Counted from the stretch's first letter, positions 42,890-51,524 are shown. The stretch: DNA of 64,000 nucleotides from an uncultured Verrucomicrobiae bacterium (GCA_963834385.1 CAWIBO010000003.1:384001-448000); one strand, 5' to 3'. The notes: generated by a model not told the origin, from the sequence alone. Made by a program: numbers and translations.

Positions 42890-43040
42890 GTCCACAGATT
42901 ACGCAGATTGACACAGATTAGGGGGAGGTGCCGGCGGCGCAACGGCCGGCGCCGGAGCTGCTTTCCCTTCCGTCATCCTGAGCGAAGCGAAGGACCTCCC
43001 ATGCCAGCACCCGCAACGCCCCCAGTGTTACCTTGGAGGA
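42890..43040 (+). repeat. Composite direct repeat, copy 2
   Basis: Aligns with 42079-42230, including a 44-bp identical block. Confidence 0.9.
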
Positions 43041-43120
43041 CCCGATAGGCATAAAATGCGATAGCGAATGCAGCTCGCAGCGGAGAAGTTCCGCCACTGC
43101 GAAGGGTGCCCTTCCGAGGC

Positions 43121-43453
43121 TCAAGGTTTATCAATGGGAACCAGATCGACCATGCTGATCACCGCGTCCACGCGTCCCGTCTCCCGATGAATCCCAACCC
43201 GATAAATCTCCCCGGCTTGTAGAAGGAATCGGACAACAAAGATGGGGATGCTCCCACCCGATTCCGGTTCAATCGTTCCCTCCGTCACTTTGACGATGGT
43301 CGATTCGGGCAGCCTGTGCCCGTCGCGTTCGAGAGCCCCCTTGGCGATTCGAATGGCCTCACGCTGCGACACTGGTTGATGCCTGGTAAGCTGATCATCT
43401 TTGAAGGAGCAGCCCGCAACCAACAAAGTGACGACAAGAAAGAAACGTCTCAT
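43121..43453 (-). CDS. Hypothetical lipoprotein (PepSY-like pattern)
   Basis: VAGC lipobox; VSQREAIRIAK...YRVGIHRETGRV. Confidence 0.7.
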   Translation of the reverse strand: MRRFFLVVTLLVAGCSFKDDQLTRHQPVSQREAIRIAKGALERDGHRLPESTIVKVTEGTIEPESGGSIPIFVVRFLLQAGEIYRVGIHRETGRVDAVISMVDLVPIDKP

Positions 43454-43508
43454 GGGCCGGGAGCCGTTTTTCCTTTGTCCATTGGGAAGGGTTGACGTGA
43501 CTTTAGCC

Positions 43509-43566
43509 GAACGGAAGATCTCGGAGAGCGATTTTTCTTGGGTCGAGCCTTTGGAACCTTTTTGAC
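43509..43566. repeat. Imperfect direct repeat, copy 1
   Basis: ACGGAA...GCGATTT.TC.TGGGTCGAGCC...TTTGGAACCTTTTTGAC shared with 44253-44325. Confidence 0.75.
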
Positions 43567-43591
43567 CTCGGCGGTCTGCGTCCGGGCGCGG

Positions 43592-44128
43592 CTAAAGATC
43601 GCCGTATGCGCGGCCGGTATAATCTTCAAATTTAAAGCCGCTGCGCTCAGTGATCTTGCGCTGTGCTTTTAGAACAAATGTGAAAAGCAGGTGGCCACGG
43701 ATGCCACGCGCCGCCACCAGGCCATCGCCGGTGCCGAACGAATACGACTTCACGATTTCAAGACGCCGATCGTCGTAGCCTATCCAGAAGGGGAGGCGGA
43801 CGAAGCCCAAGTCGTTTTTGAGCTGGAAAAGCGCTGCTTTTACCGGTTCGTTTCCTTCCGAAAACTCGCCCAACGCCATGACAAACCACGCGATGTCAAC
43901 GATGGCGGGATGCTGTTCCCATGAGAGTGCGGGATGCGCATTTAAGTCGAGATGGGCTGCTGCGGCGGACTCACGCAGCCGAGTGACCGCGAGTTCCAGC
44001 CCGCCAAGGACCATCTCTTCGTCGTATCTGATATCGACCGACGTCGTGCCTTCCGCCTCAACAGCCCGAATCGGCGAGCTGCCTGCGAGGCAGAACAACA
44101 CAGCTATAACGACCTTCCTAGATGTCAT
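43592..44128 (-). CDS. Secreted hypothetical protein
   Basis: Signal-like MTSRKVVIAVLFCLAGSSPIRA. Confidence 0.55.
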   Translation of the reverse strand: MTSRKVVIAVLFCLAGSSPIRAVEAEGTTSVDIRYDEEMVLGGLELAVTRLRESAAAAHLDLNAHPALSWEQHPAIVDIAWFVMALGEFSEGNEPVKAALFQLKNDLGFVRLPFWIGYDDRRLEIVKSYSFGTGDGLVAARGIRGHLLFTFVLKAQRKITERSGFKFEDYTGRAYGDL

Positions 44129-44252
44129 CTGTATCTGCAGGTGCCATTCTCTACGGTGTAGCACTATCATGAGCAGGAGCAGGAGTCGCGGCAAAAGCCG
44201 CGGAGCCTACACGGTCCGCTACGTTCTTGTCATTTTCGGCTTTTCTTAAAAT

Positions 44253-44325
44253 GAAACGGAAAAACTGCGAAGGCGATTTCTCCTGGGTCGAGCCCTTGAA
44301 TCGACCCATTTGGAACCTTTTTGAC
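44253..44325. repeat. Imperfect direct repeat, copy 2, with hairpin
   Basis: Contains GGGTCGA-GCCCTTGAA-TCGACCC. Confidence 0.75.
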
Positions 44326-44377
44326 ATTCTGCTTAAATACCCGGCAAAACCGGACGCGAGATCCTGTTTTTCCAGGG

Positions 44378-46033
44378 TTACGGACCCTCGTTTGATACCC
44401 TTTTGACAGTTGGCGGCGAACATTGGTCCTCACTCGGCATCGCTATTAGACGCTCCAACGCTGTATAATGTCGATCAAGCCGCGGGTGTCTTGCGCGCAG
44501 TATTTTTCGAGTGCTCTTCCTGACACGGCGTCGTTCCCACCAGCTAATTTGAGAAACGCTGATCCGCATGAATTCGCGGCTGGCGATCTCACCGTCGCTG
44601 ATCTGCAGGCCGTCGTAGGACGTCGCTGTCAATGCCGGCAACACCGCTTTGAGCGACGCGCTGCCATTCTGCGATGGATGATAATATGCCATCCCGCGGA
44701 ATACTTCGAGCAAATCGAGAAAACGCCGCGACACTGCGCTGACCCACTGAGCGCACTCCGGGAAATACAACGCACAGTCGGCTAGTCTCTTGGCTTCGAA
44801 GTTCGTGTTGTAGCCAACGATGCTGCCGCGCTCGCCTAACAGCTCTCTGAGCTCAAGGAGGAACGCTGGTCGAGGATCGTCGTTGCCGTCGGCAAGAAAG
44901 CTGTGGTGCTCCACCCGCGCGCCTTTGCTTCTGATGATGTGGAGGGAGAATTGAAACGGGATCTGGGTGTACGGGCGGGACCGGTCGAATAGCGGAACAG
45001 CCGACTGGATTGTTTCGAAATCGAGGAAATGCAACGGATACTCGAGTCGCGACAGGAATTGTCTTATCGCTGCGCGATCTACGTGTGGCGTTCCGCTTCG
45101 GTGAGATGCGACCTGTCGAACCTGCGCGTCGGTTAGAACCATATCTGATGGCATGTCTTCGATTCGAAGAATCCCTCGAGCGAGCAGATCCCAAGGCCGG
45201 CTTTTTGCGTTCCGTAAATCGAACACGCTCGGTTTCGGGAGAAAAGCCCAGCACGATTCCATCAGCGAACAGTCATATGGGTCCGTGCAATGACGTGACA
45301 CCTTCACGTCCGGACATTCCGCTAAAGCCAAAACCGGTTTCATTTCTTCCACCTTTCCATGAACCGCCGGTAGCAGTGCGTTGATCGGGACGGTTACGTC
45401 AATTCGGGTTAGCAATTGATGCGGATTAATGTCGCCGGTCCGAATGTATTTTTTGTTCACCAACAGCAGGTAACAGTTCCTAATCGATAGTCCTGCGCCT
45501 TCGTAGACGTAGCGTTGGAAGGCGAGATCCTGGAGATAAACCTCTCTGAGATCATCTAAGTCTTCGGGGACTCCTGAGCTCTTTACCTCGATGACGTCCC
45601 AGCGCCCATCTGCCGTTGGAGCAAGAATGTCCGCTCTGCTAAAGCACCCGTTGTAAATGAATGAAGCTTCGAAGATCGCTTTACCTTGGCGCAGCGCATC
45701 GCGAGTCGCGCTAACGGGTTCGGCAAAGCCACCTATATCGCCAAGATCGACACCGCCAGGATATAGCTTCTTCGCCCACTGGCCGACTTTGTGGCCCTGA
45801 TCGAAAATGGCTTCCAAGGTGGCGTCAACCGGCGGAAGCAGAGCCTTGTTGTTATAATGAATCCAGAGCGCTTTCGGACACTGCAGGCCAACCAGATACT
45901 TTGTCTTCGATATTAACGGCGGCCCTTTGAGCGACGCCTCGTTTTCTAGAGCGAACCAGCCGGTAAGCAACCGACCTAGGGATAAAACAGCCGATCGCAT
46001 CATGACAAAGCCGCGAACTACTTGCCGAACCAA
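44378..46033 (-). CDS. DUF2779-type protein (PD-(D/E)XK/Cas4-like nuclease + RNase H-like domain); start and 3' end uncertain
   Basis: ISKTKY..GLQCPK, ADIL...IEVKSS, DLAFQ, C...C..C...CW, FLDFET, IPFQFSLH, GSASLKAVLP; YCAQDT lies in a shifted frame near the end. Confidence 0.85.
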   Translation of the reverse strand: MVRQVVRGFVMMRSAVLSLGRLLTGWFALENEASLKGPPLISKTKYLVGLQCPKALWIHYNNKALLPPVDATLEAIFDQGHKVGQWAKKLYPGGVDLGDIGGFAEPVSATRDALRQGKAIFEASFIYNGCFSRADILAPTADGRWDVIEVKSSGVPEDLDDLREVYLQDLAFQRYVYEGAGLSIRNCYLLLVNKKYIRTGDINPHQLLTRIDVTVPINALLPAVHGKVEEMKPVLALAECPDVKVSRHCTDPYDCSLMESCWAFLPKPSVFDLRNAKSRPWDLLARGILRIEDMPSDMVLTDAQVRQVASHRSGTPHVDRAAIRQFLSRLEYPLHFLDFETIQSAVPLFDRSRPYTQIPFQFSLHIIRSKGARVEHHSFLADGNDDPRPAFLLELRELLGERGSIVGYNTNFEAKRLADCALYFPECAQWVSAVSRRFLDLLEVFRGMAYYHPSQNGSASLKAVLPALTATSYDGLQISDGEIASREFMRISVSQISWWERRRVRKSTRKILRARHPRLDRHYTALERLIAMPSEDQCSPPTVKRVSNEGP

Positions 46034-46293
46034 TCCGTGATATCGAAAAAGACGCTTAACTCCTTCCCGTCCGGTCCCTGCAAGATGATTTCATCGATCT
46101 GACGACCCGCTTCGTTTTTGCGAGAACGCTGGCGGAGCTTCTGATGCCGCGGGAACTGCGCTTTTATCCACGCTTTTTCAGCGGCAACACCCTGCTGCTC
46201 GTTCTTTGCCTTTGGCAGCGTGATGTGAGCCGAAGCATCCGCGGCCCAATTGGGATCGATCATCCAGTTTTGTTGGTCGTCTTCTTCTAACAT
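46018..46293 (-). CDS. Hypothetical protein ending FFDITDWFGK
   Basis: 91-aa ORF; GVAAEKAW...FFDIT..FGK. Confidence 0.65.
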   Translation of the reverse strand: MLEEDDQQNWMIDPNWAADASAHITLPKAKNEQQGVAAEKAWIKAQFPRHQKLRQRSRKNEAGRQIDEIILQGPDGKELSVFFDITDWFGK

Positions 46294-46299
46294 TGTCTT

Positions 46300-46518
46300 T
46301 CAGCTGCGGTTCCGACCAGCCAGACTGCCCAGCCAAAGTCTGCGGTTCCGCGTCGAGTCCGAGGCAAGGCCGCTGATTTTGCGCTGAGCGTCGACAATCG
46401 CTTGGGCGTCCCGTTTGTCAGCGACCCAGGCGATTAATTTCTTTTGTGGCCCGACAATCGCCCACGGAAATCCATTCGGCGGATTAATCTGTGCTGCGTC
46501 AATTTTCCACTGATTCAT
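46300..46518 (-). CDS. Small hypothetical protein
   Basis: 72-aa ORF in a co-oriented string. Confidence 0.5.
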   Translation of the reverse strand: MNQWKIDAAQINPPNGFPWAIVGPQKKLIAWVADKRDAQAIVDAQRKISGLASDSTRNRRLWLGSLAGRNRS

Positions 46519-46597
46519 GTCCTTAAGCTTAGCCGCGAGAAGGCGCTAACTTCAGGACAAAGTTCGGGGACGGAATCCATCCAGCCATTAGTCGCCA

Positions 46598-47209
46598 TCA
46601 AATGTAATTTGCAATCGCATCGGCGATCTTGAATCGGCATCCAAGCGACTGAGCCCTTAACGGGTGAGCGGGCGCGGTTGATAGTGATGGGGGATTATAA
46701 ACTACTTTCGAAGTAGCGCCGTTTAAATAGAACGGACTCGGACGCGGACTGAGGGATGACAATGCAGCTAAAGCGGAAGCAGCCTGGCCCTTCGGAAAAT
46801 TACTCCCCCAAGCAAACCAACAAAATCTCGCGCTGCGATTGGGTGATTGGTCGCCTGGACACAGGCTTTTCAACGCAGCGTAAACATTTGAGTTGCATAA
46901 ATAAAAAAGGTTTAGAATCTCGACATAGTCTCCTATTTTCGGGCCTCCGCGCTTCGCCTTTAGTTGCGCTTCATTCAGGATTTTGATCACCGCGTGCATC
47001 GTGTTGTCTAGCGTCGGCCAAACGCCCCAAGTAGTCGTTGCGGCTACCGGCTTCTGTGTGCCGGGATTGCACATCCAAATGATACCGACACAATTACCCT
47101 GATGCTGCTGGTAACTTTGGATAGGCGTCGTGGCAGGCAGAAAGTACGCCCTAGTGTCCTTACGCGTGTGCGGCGGACCTACATCCCATTGTCCGTAAAC
47201 GAGCGCCAT
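46598..47209 (-). CDS. Hypothetical protein, DUF1643-like
   Basis: WMCNPG...DNT...ILNLF...FAWG...PAHPL motif order. Confidence 0.6.
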   Translation of the reverse strand: MALVYGQWDVGPPHTRKDTRAYFLPATTPIQSYQQHQGNCVGIIWMCNPGTQKPVAATTTWGVWPTLDNTMHAVIKILNEAQLKAKRGGPKIGDYVEILNLFYLCNSNVYAALKSLCPGDQSPNRSARFCWFAWGSNFPKGQAASALAALSSLSPRPSPFYLNGATSKVVYNPPSLSTAPAHPLRAQSLGCRFKIADAIANYI

Positions 47210-47223
47210 ATTCTTGAGCCGCT

Positions 47224-48270
47224 TTAACCCTTCTGAAGCAATTTTCGCAGCCGACGAAAATCGCCGGAATCCTTAAACCCGATCTTTGCGGCAACAAACT
47301 CATAGCGTTTGTCACCTTTCAATCCTTGTCGGCGCGCAAAGCGATCAGCGAGCTTTGCCTCTCGTTTAAGGCCGACTAGTTCGCGTCGGCCGATTGAAAA
47401 GCCTAGCCCTTGTCGGGCGATACCCCGTGCTCGATGTAGCTGCATCACTTTCGAAAAATCGAGGTCACGCTTCGGGTCCAAGCTGAGATATCCCGGAATG
47501 AACAATTGCGTTCCATACGGAGTAAAGACGACCGACGTTTTCAGCAGCAGTGGTGTGTCGTCCTCCATTCCCCACAGATAGTACTTCCAGCAAAGTAGGT
47601 CGAATAAGGCTTGGAAACGCGCGCCGTCATCGGTGAACTCGGCGCCCGGACCGCGTTCCCAATTCCGTTCTGGCATTAAGGAGCGATTGATTACTTTCTT
47701 CCGAGCGATCGATTGCGGGAAAGTTTGTTTGAGAAGGGCCCATTCGTTTCGAAAGTCTTCTGACTGCTCCAGATAGAATAGATACTCATCATACTTCTCC
47801 TGCGCCCTCAGGTAAAATTCGTAGCGCCCTTCATGCACCAGCGTTTCTGATTCTCGGATCACCCCCGGCGCGGCAACCTCCAGTCGATTGAAACCGCATC
47901 GACCGTCAGCGGCATTAAACTGAACAATCATTTCAGCGAGGAGGATCGCCGCGGGATCCGGCGAGGCTGAAGTGAGCGCGCTCTTCAAGTAGTTGGCGTA
48001 ATTTTCTGGAAACGCGGGGAAGGCGGATTCGCACTGCCAAAAAGCGTAACAGCACCAGCCTAGTGCTTCGGCCAGCAGCTCCACGTTGGGATCGTCATTT
48101 TTCGCCAGGACTTTCGGAACTCTTGCAAACAGAAATTCGATTAGGGATCGCGCCTCGGTCGAATCGACAAACGGTAGCGATTTTAGATGAGCGACGACTT
48201 TGGATCGCCATCCCGTTTTAGGGAGACCAAACCGATTCAACCATGTCGCCGCGAACGCCTGTTCACGCAT
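47224..48270 (-). CDS. Hypothetical protein (348 aa)
   Basis: Long ORF, basic C-terminus, no recognised family. Confidence 0.7.
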   Translation of the reverse strand: MREQAFAATWLNRFGLPKTGWRSKVVAHLKSLPFVDSTEARSLIEFLFARVPKVLAKNDDPNVELLAEALGWCCYAFWQCESAFPAFPENYANYLKSALTSASPDPAAILLAEMIVQFNAADGRCGFNRLEVAAPGVIRESETLVHEGRYEFYLRAQEKYDEYLFYLEQSEDFRNEWALLKQTFPQSIARKKVINRSLMPERNWERGPGAEFTDDGARFQALFDLLCWKYYLWGMEDDTPLLLKTSVVFTPYGTQLFIPGYLSLDPKRDLDFSKVMQLHRARGIARQGLGFSIGRRELVGLKREAKLADRFARRQGLKGDKRYEFVAAKIGFKDSGDFRRLRKLLQKG

Positions 48271-48361
48271 CAGTTACGTTATACGCGGCACGGCAGGAAA
48301 CGCGAAGGCTGAAGATTGGTCCCATACTCAGTCCTGAATTTCCTCTTCGACATCCAGTAAG

Positions 48362-49387
48362 TTGGCGGCGTTGAAAACGATTGGGCCAATCATAACCGCA
48401 CTAGATATCGGCCACTCGAAGTGCTGCATGGCCTGCGCCGAGGCAGACCCGCGCGGGTTTCTCCAGCTAATCGGAGTCGCCGAACGGTCATTCCTGATCG
48501 ATCCGCCCCAAGCGAACGCATCAGCCGATTTATTGCAGAGAACGATCGCCGATCTCGTTAGACATTTCGAGCAGAAACACGAAATTGTAATTCACACTGT
48601 TCAGCTGGCCGTCAACGGAAAGGACATTCGAGGCGAAACATTCGCCGATGCCGAGCAAGCGGCCATCCCCTTCGGGAACGAAATCATTCATCGGTTCGAT
48701 AGCTGCGGTCGCGAAGTTGATTGGTGGAATTTCGCGCAGGGACACATCATTCACGCGAAAAGAAGTTCGATCGAAGAGAAAATAAGGATCGCACGCCGCG
48801 CCGGTCTCCAGGTGAATCGACTAGTTCTCACTAGTTTGGCCAGCGCATTTGCCGTGACTAGATCGGCGGAACGCGACGGTCGGAATTGCCTGGTGATCGA
48901 TATTGGCAGTAGCAGTGCCGGCTATGTTTTATTTTACGAGGGCAGCATTGCAGCCAGCGGAGTCATCGAAGCCGGAGGACATCTAATCACCGCCGAAATT
49001 GCGTCTTCTCAAAATGTCTCGTGGGCAAAAGCGGAGCAACTAAAACTGGCCCCGCCCAATGACTCGGCAGAAAGCGAGATCATCGCGCGTCATTTGATTG
49101 AGCTTTTTTGCAATGTCGCTGAGAAGGTCCGCAGTGGGTTATCGAAGACTGGGTATGTCTACCTGACTGGCGGAACGAGTCGATTTCCAAACATCGAACT
49201 GATTGCCGCGGGAGTGTTCGATCGACCGGTTTATCGCGCTGCCGCGTTGAACTTCGTGGGCGAATGCGAGCCTACGCGACCGGAACAATCCACTGCGTTG
49301 GGGTTGCTAAAATACGCCGTGTCACACGGTAGCGTCCCGCGCAAAGAATGGCAGGCACGGCGCTGCACCAGGAACCCAGTTTTATGA
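48362..49387 (+). CDS. Divergent, shortened FtsA-like actin-fold protein
   Basis: ALDIGHSK, LASAFAV, VIDIGSSS, GGHLITAEIA, AEQLK, LTGGTS, STALGLL. Confidence 0.8.
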   Translation: MAALKTIGPIITALDIGHSKCCMACAEADPRGFLQLIGVAERSFLIDPPQANASADLLQRTIADLVRHFEQKHEIVIHTVQLAVNGKDIRGETFADAEQAAIPFGNEIIHRFDSCGREVDWWNFAQGHIIHAKRSSIEEKIRIARRAGLQVNRLVLTSLASAFAVTRSAERDGRNCLVIDIGSSSAGYVLFYEGSIAASGVIEAGGHLITAEIASSQNVSWAKAEQLKLAPPNDSAESEIIARHLIELFCNVAEKVRSGLSKTGYVYLTGGTSRFPNIELIAAGVFDRPVYRAAALNFVGECEPTRPEQSTALGLLKYAVSHGSVPRKEWQARRCTRNPVL

Positions 49388-50505
49388 AAACAACCCCTCA
49401 GCCAGAAATGAAAACCACACCTCTTGCGCTCACACACGGTGTCGTTACCACCCGATGGCCAGATCAGTATTCGAATGATCCATTCGCGATCGGAGCCACG
49501 CAAGGTTGGCATTCGATGTCCCGATCGGGGCGATGGAATGCCGCAAAAATGATGCATGATTTGCACGCAGCTTTAATTCACTCCCGCGCCGCTGATCGCA
49601 CAGGAGTCTCAAAAACCGGGAAGGTCTATTGGGGAACGCTAATCTTCGCCCCCGACAAAAGCCGTTATGTGGCTTTGCATCATTACGGGGATGAGATCTG
49701 GTTCCTTCGCGTTTGGGCGAATTCCGCCGTTGTCGCGGCCAGCGAATTCAACCGCTTGAGAAAGAGGTATCTCTTGGCCGATCGTGACGACGGCTCTGGA
49801 GAATTCTTCATTTTAACCCATGGAATGGCTGGACCAGATAAGCGTCGTATCAAGGTGCCGGAGCGGAAACTGAATGAAGCAGAATTACATCTGCACTATG
49901 GCGACGACTTTGTTGTTTGGCATACGCAATTGATGGAGCTAATCCGTACCCAAAAGACCGGTGTCACTATTCTGCAAGGACCGCCCGGGACCGGTAAAAC
50001 GAGCTACCTTCGCCATCTGCTGTTCGCAACGCAGAAAACGCATCGCTTTTACTATCTGCCGATCAGCGTTTATCCGATGCTCGTAGCACCGACATCAGTG
50101 GACTTCTGGATTGGCGAGAATGAGACAACCGAGTGCCTAACTAAAGTGGTCGTAATCGAAGACGCCGAAGCGCTCCTCATGCAGCGGGACAACGGCAACC
50201 AGGAATCGGTTTCTAATTTACTCAACATTGCAGACGGATTCCTCGGCGACTTTCTGAAACTGCACGTGATCTGTACCATCAACGCGCCGGTTGAGAAGCT
50301 GGACCCGGCGGTAACACGACCGGGGCGTCTGATTGCCTCACGCCAATTTCGTCGCCTAACAACTAGCGAGGCAATGCGCTTGGCAAACGCAAAAAATCTC
50401 AGGCTCGAGCCGCGCGAGGACTATTCCCTAGCCGAGATTTATAACGGTTCTGCCGCCCGGCTTGACGAATCTAATGATCGAACTCTAGGATTCTCCCCTC
50501 ATTAA
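49384..50505 (+). CDS. AAA+ ATPase
   Basis: GPPGTGKT, VVIEDAE, SNLLNIADG, LDPAVTRPGRL; ATGA overlap with the FtsA-like stop. Confidence 0.88.
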   Translation: MKTTPQPEMKTTPLALTHGVVTTRWPDQYSNDPFAIGATQGWHSMSRSGRWNAAKMMHDLHAALIHSRAADRTGVSKTGKVYWGTLIFAPDKSRYVALHHYGDEIWFLRVWANSAVVAASEFNRLRKRYLLADRDDGSGEFFILTHGMAGPDKRRIKVPERKLNEAELHLHYGDDFVVWHTQLMELIRTQKTGVTILQGPPGTGKTSYLRHLLFATQKTHRFYYLPISVYPMLVAPTSVDFWIGENETTECLTKVVVIEDAEALLMQRDNGNQESVSNLLNIADGFLGDFLKLHVICTINAPVEKLDPAVTRPGRLIASRQFRRLTTSEAMRLANAKNLRLEPREDYSLAEIYNGSAARLDESNDRTLGFSPH

Positions 50506-50523
50506 CCAGATGACTTCAATTCT

Positions 50524-50709
50524 ATGAAACAAGACAATCAGCATCCACCACGCAAAGGTGAGACCTCGGCCAAATCTGCCTCGGTCAAAAACGACAAACT
50601 AGCTGCCAACGTTCAAGCGAGCCTAGAGCAGTTAAAAAAAGACGTAAAAGCGGGCGATCGCAAAGCCGCTGAGTTTCAAAAGTTGCTAAATGCCTTTCGG
50701 AAACATTGA
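50524..50709 (+). CDS. Small hypothetical protein
   Basis: 61-aa ORF 18 nt after the ATPase. Confidence 0.5.
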   Translation: MKQDNQHPPRKGETSAKSASVKNDKLAANVQASLEQLKKDVKAGDRKAAEFQKLLNAFRKH

Positions 50710-50766
50710 AGTCGCGACGATGGATCAAGCATCTGCGAGCACACCCTTGTCTTGGCAGATTCCTAA

Positions 50767-51086
50767 ATGACTGATCTGGAATATCAACTACGCGTCAGCG
50801 AATTAGACGTTCGTGATAAAGAAGCGCGATTGAAAGAAGCGCGCACCCGGTTCGATACCACTGCAGCTAAAGGTCGATCTGAGGTGCAGCTAAAGGTCGA
50901 TCTGAGGTCGAAAAAGCCAAAGCAGATCTCAGCAAGATTGAAGCGGAAACTATCGCGGCTTACGAAAAGGCCAAGCAGGACTTGGAGCGCGCACAGATAG
51001 ATTTGGATCGCGAGAAGTGCGGTCTTGAATATGCACGCGCGAACCTCGCCCGGGGATCGGATCATAAATCTCCGACTCAAGAGTAA
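50767..51086 (+). pseudogene. Coiled-coil ORF frameshifted by a 23-bp tandem duplication
   Basis: TGCAGCTAAAGGTCGATCTGAGG at 50862-50884 and 50885-50907; removing one copy gives a 98-aa ORF ending at TAA 51086. Confidence 0.65.
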
Positions 51087-51450
51087 TGATGAATTTTGAT
51101 TTGCCGCATGGCTATTCGTCTACGCCTTGACCCGTTGCCAGCCTGCGACGTGCGCCGGAACAAAATGCGGCGTTTGAATCCACCGGGAATTGGCATCTTT
51201 TGGCGCCGACGGCGGGCGCTGGCGGATCTGTGGTGTCGCGGGACGCGGTCATTTTCGCTCGGTTTTCGACAGGCAGATGTTCCTGCTGGTCTCGAGTGAT
51301 CATTTTAACCGGAAGAAGTTCGTCCGACCCTCATCAATTTACGGAATCACTACGACAACATCTGGATGATTGGTTCTAAGATGTGCTCGAGAATACCGAG
51401 GATTAACTGTTTAGGCCTAACCAGCCTGAGTTTTCGTATTACAGAAATCC

Positions 51451-51524
51451 CGGAGCCTACGGGGCTCGAACCCGCAACCTCTGCCGTGACAGGGCAGCGC
51501 TCTAACCAATTGAGCTAAGGCTCC
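51451..51524 (-). tRNA. tRNA-Asp (GTC anticodon), CCA not encoded
   Basis: GGAGCCT-TAGCTCAATTGGTTAGAGC-G-CTGCC-CTGTCAC-GGCAG...GGTTCGAGCC...AGGCTCC-G. Confidence 0.96.

Larger units (their letters stand above)
44201..51460. mobile_element. Putative tRNA-Asp-integrated genomic island, no integrase recognised
   Basis: CGGAGCCTAC at both 44201-44210 and 51451-51460 (tRNA 3' end); visibly lower GC; accessory genes. Confidence 0.65.

Noticed and set aside
42060..44330. Possible CRISPR array/leader or integron attC array
   Set aside because: Each repeat has only two copies, with no regular repeat-spacer period and no cas1/cas2 or intI seen
51090..51450. ncRNA or integrase remnant beside tRNA-Asp
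   Set aside because: No convincing ORF motif or stable structure recognised
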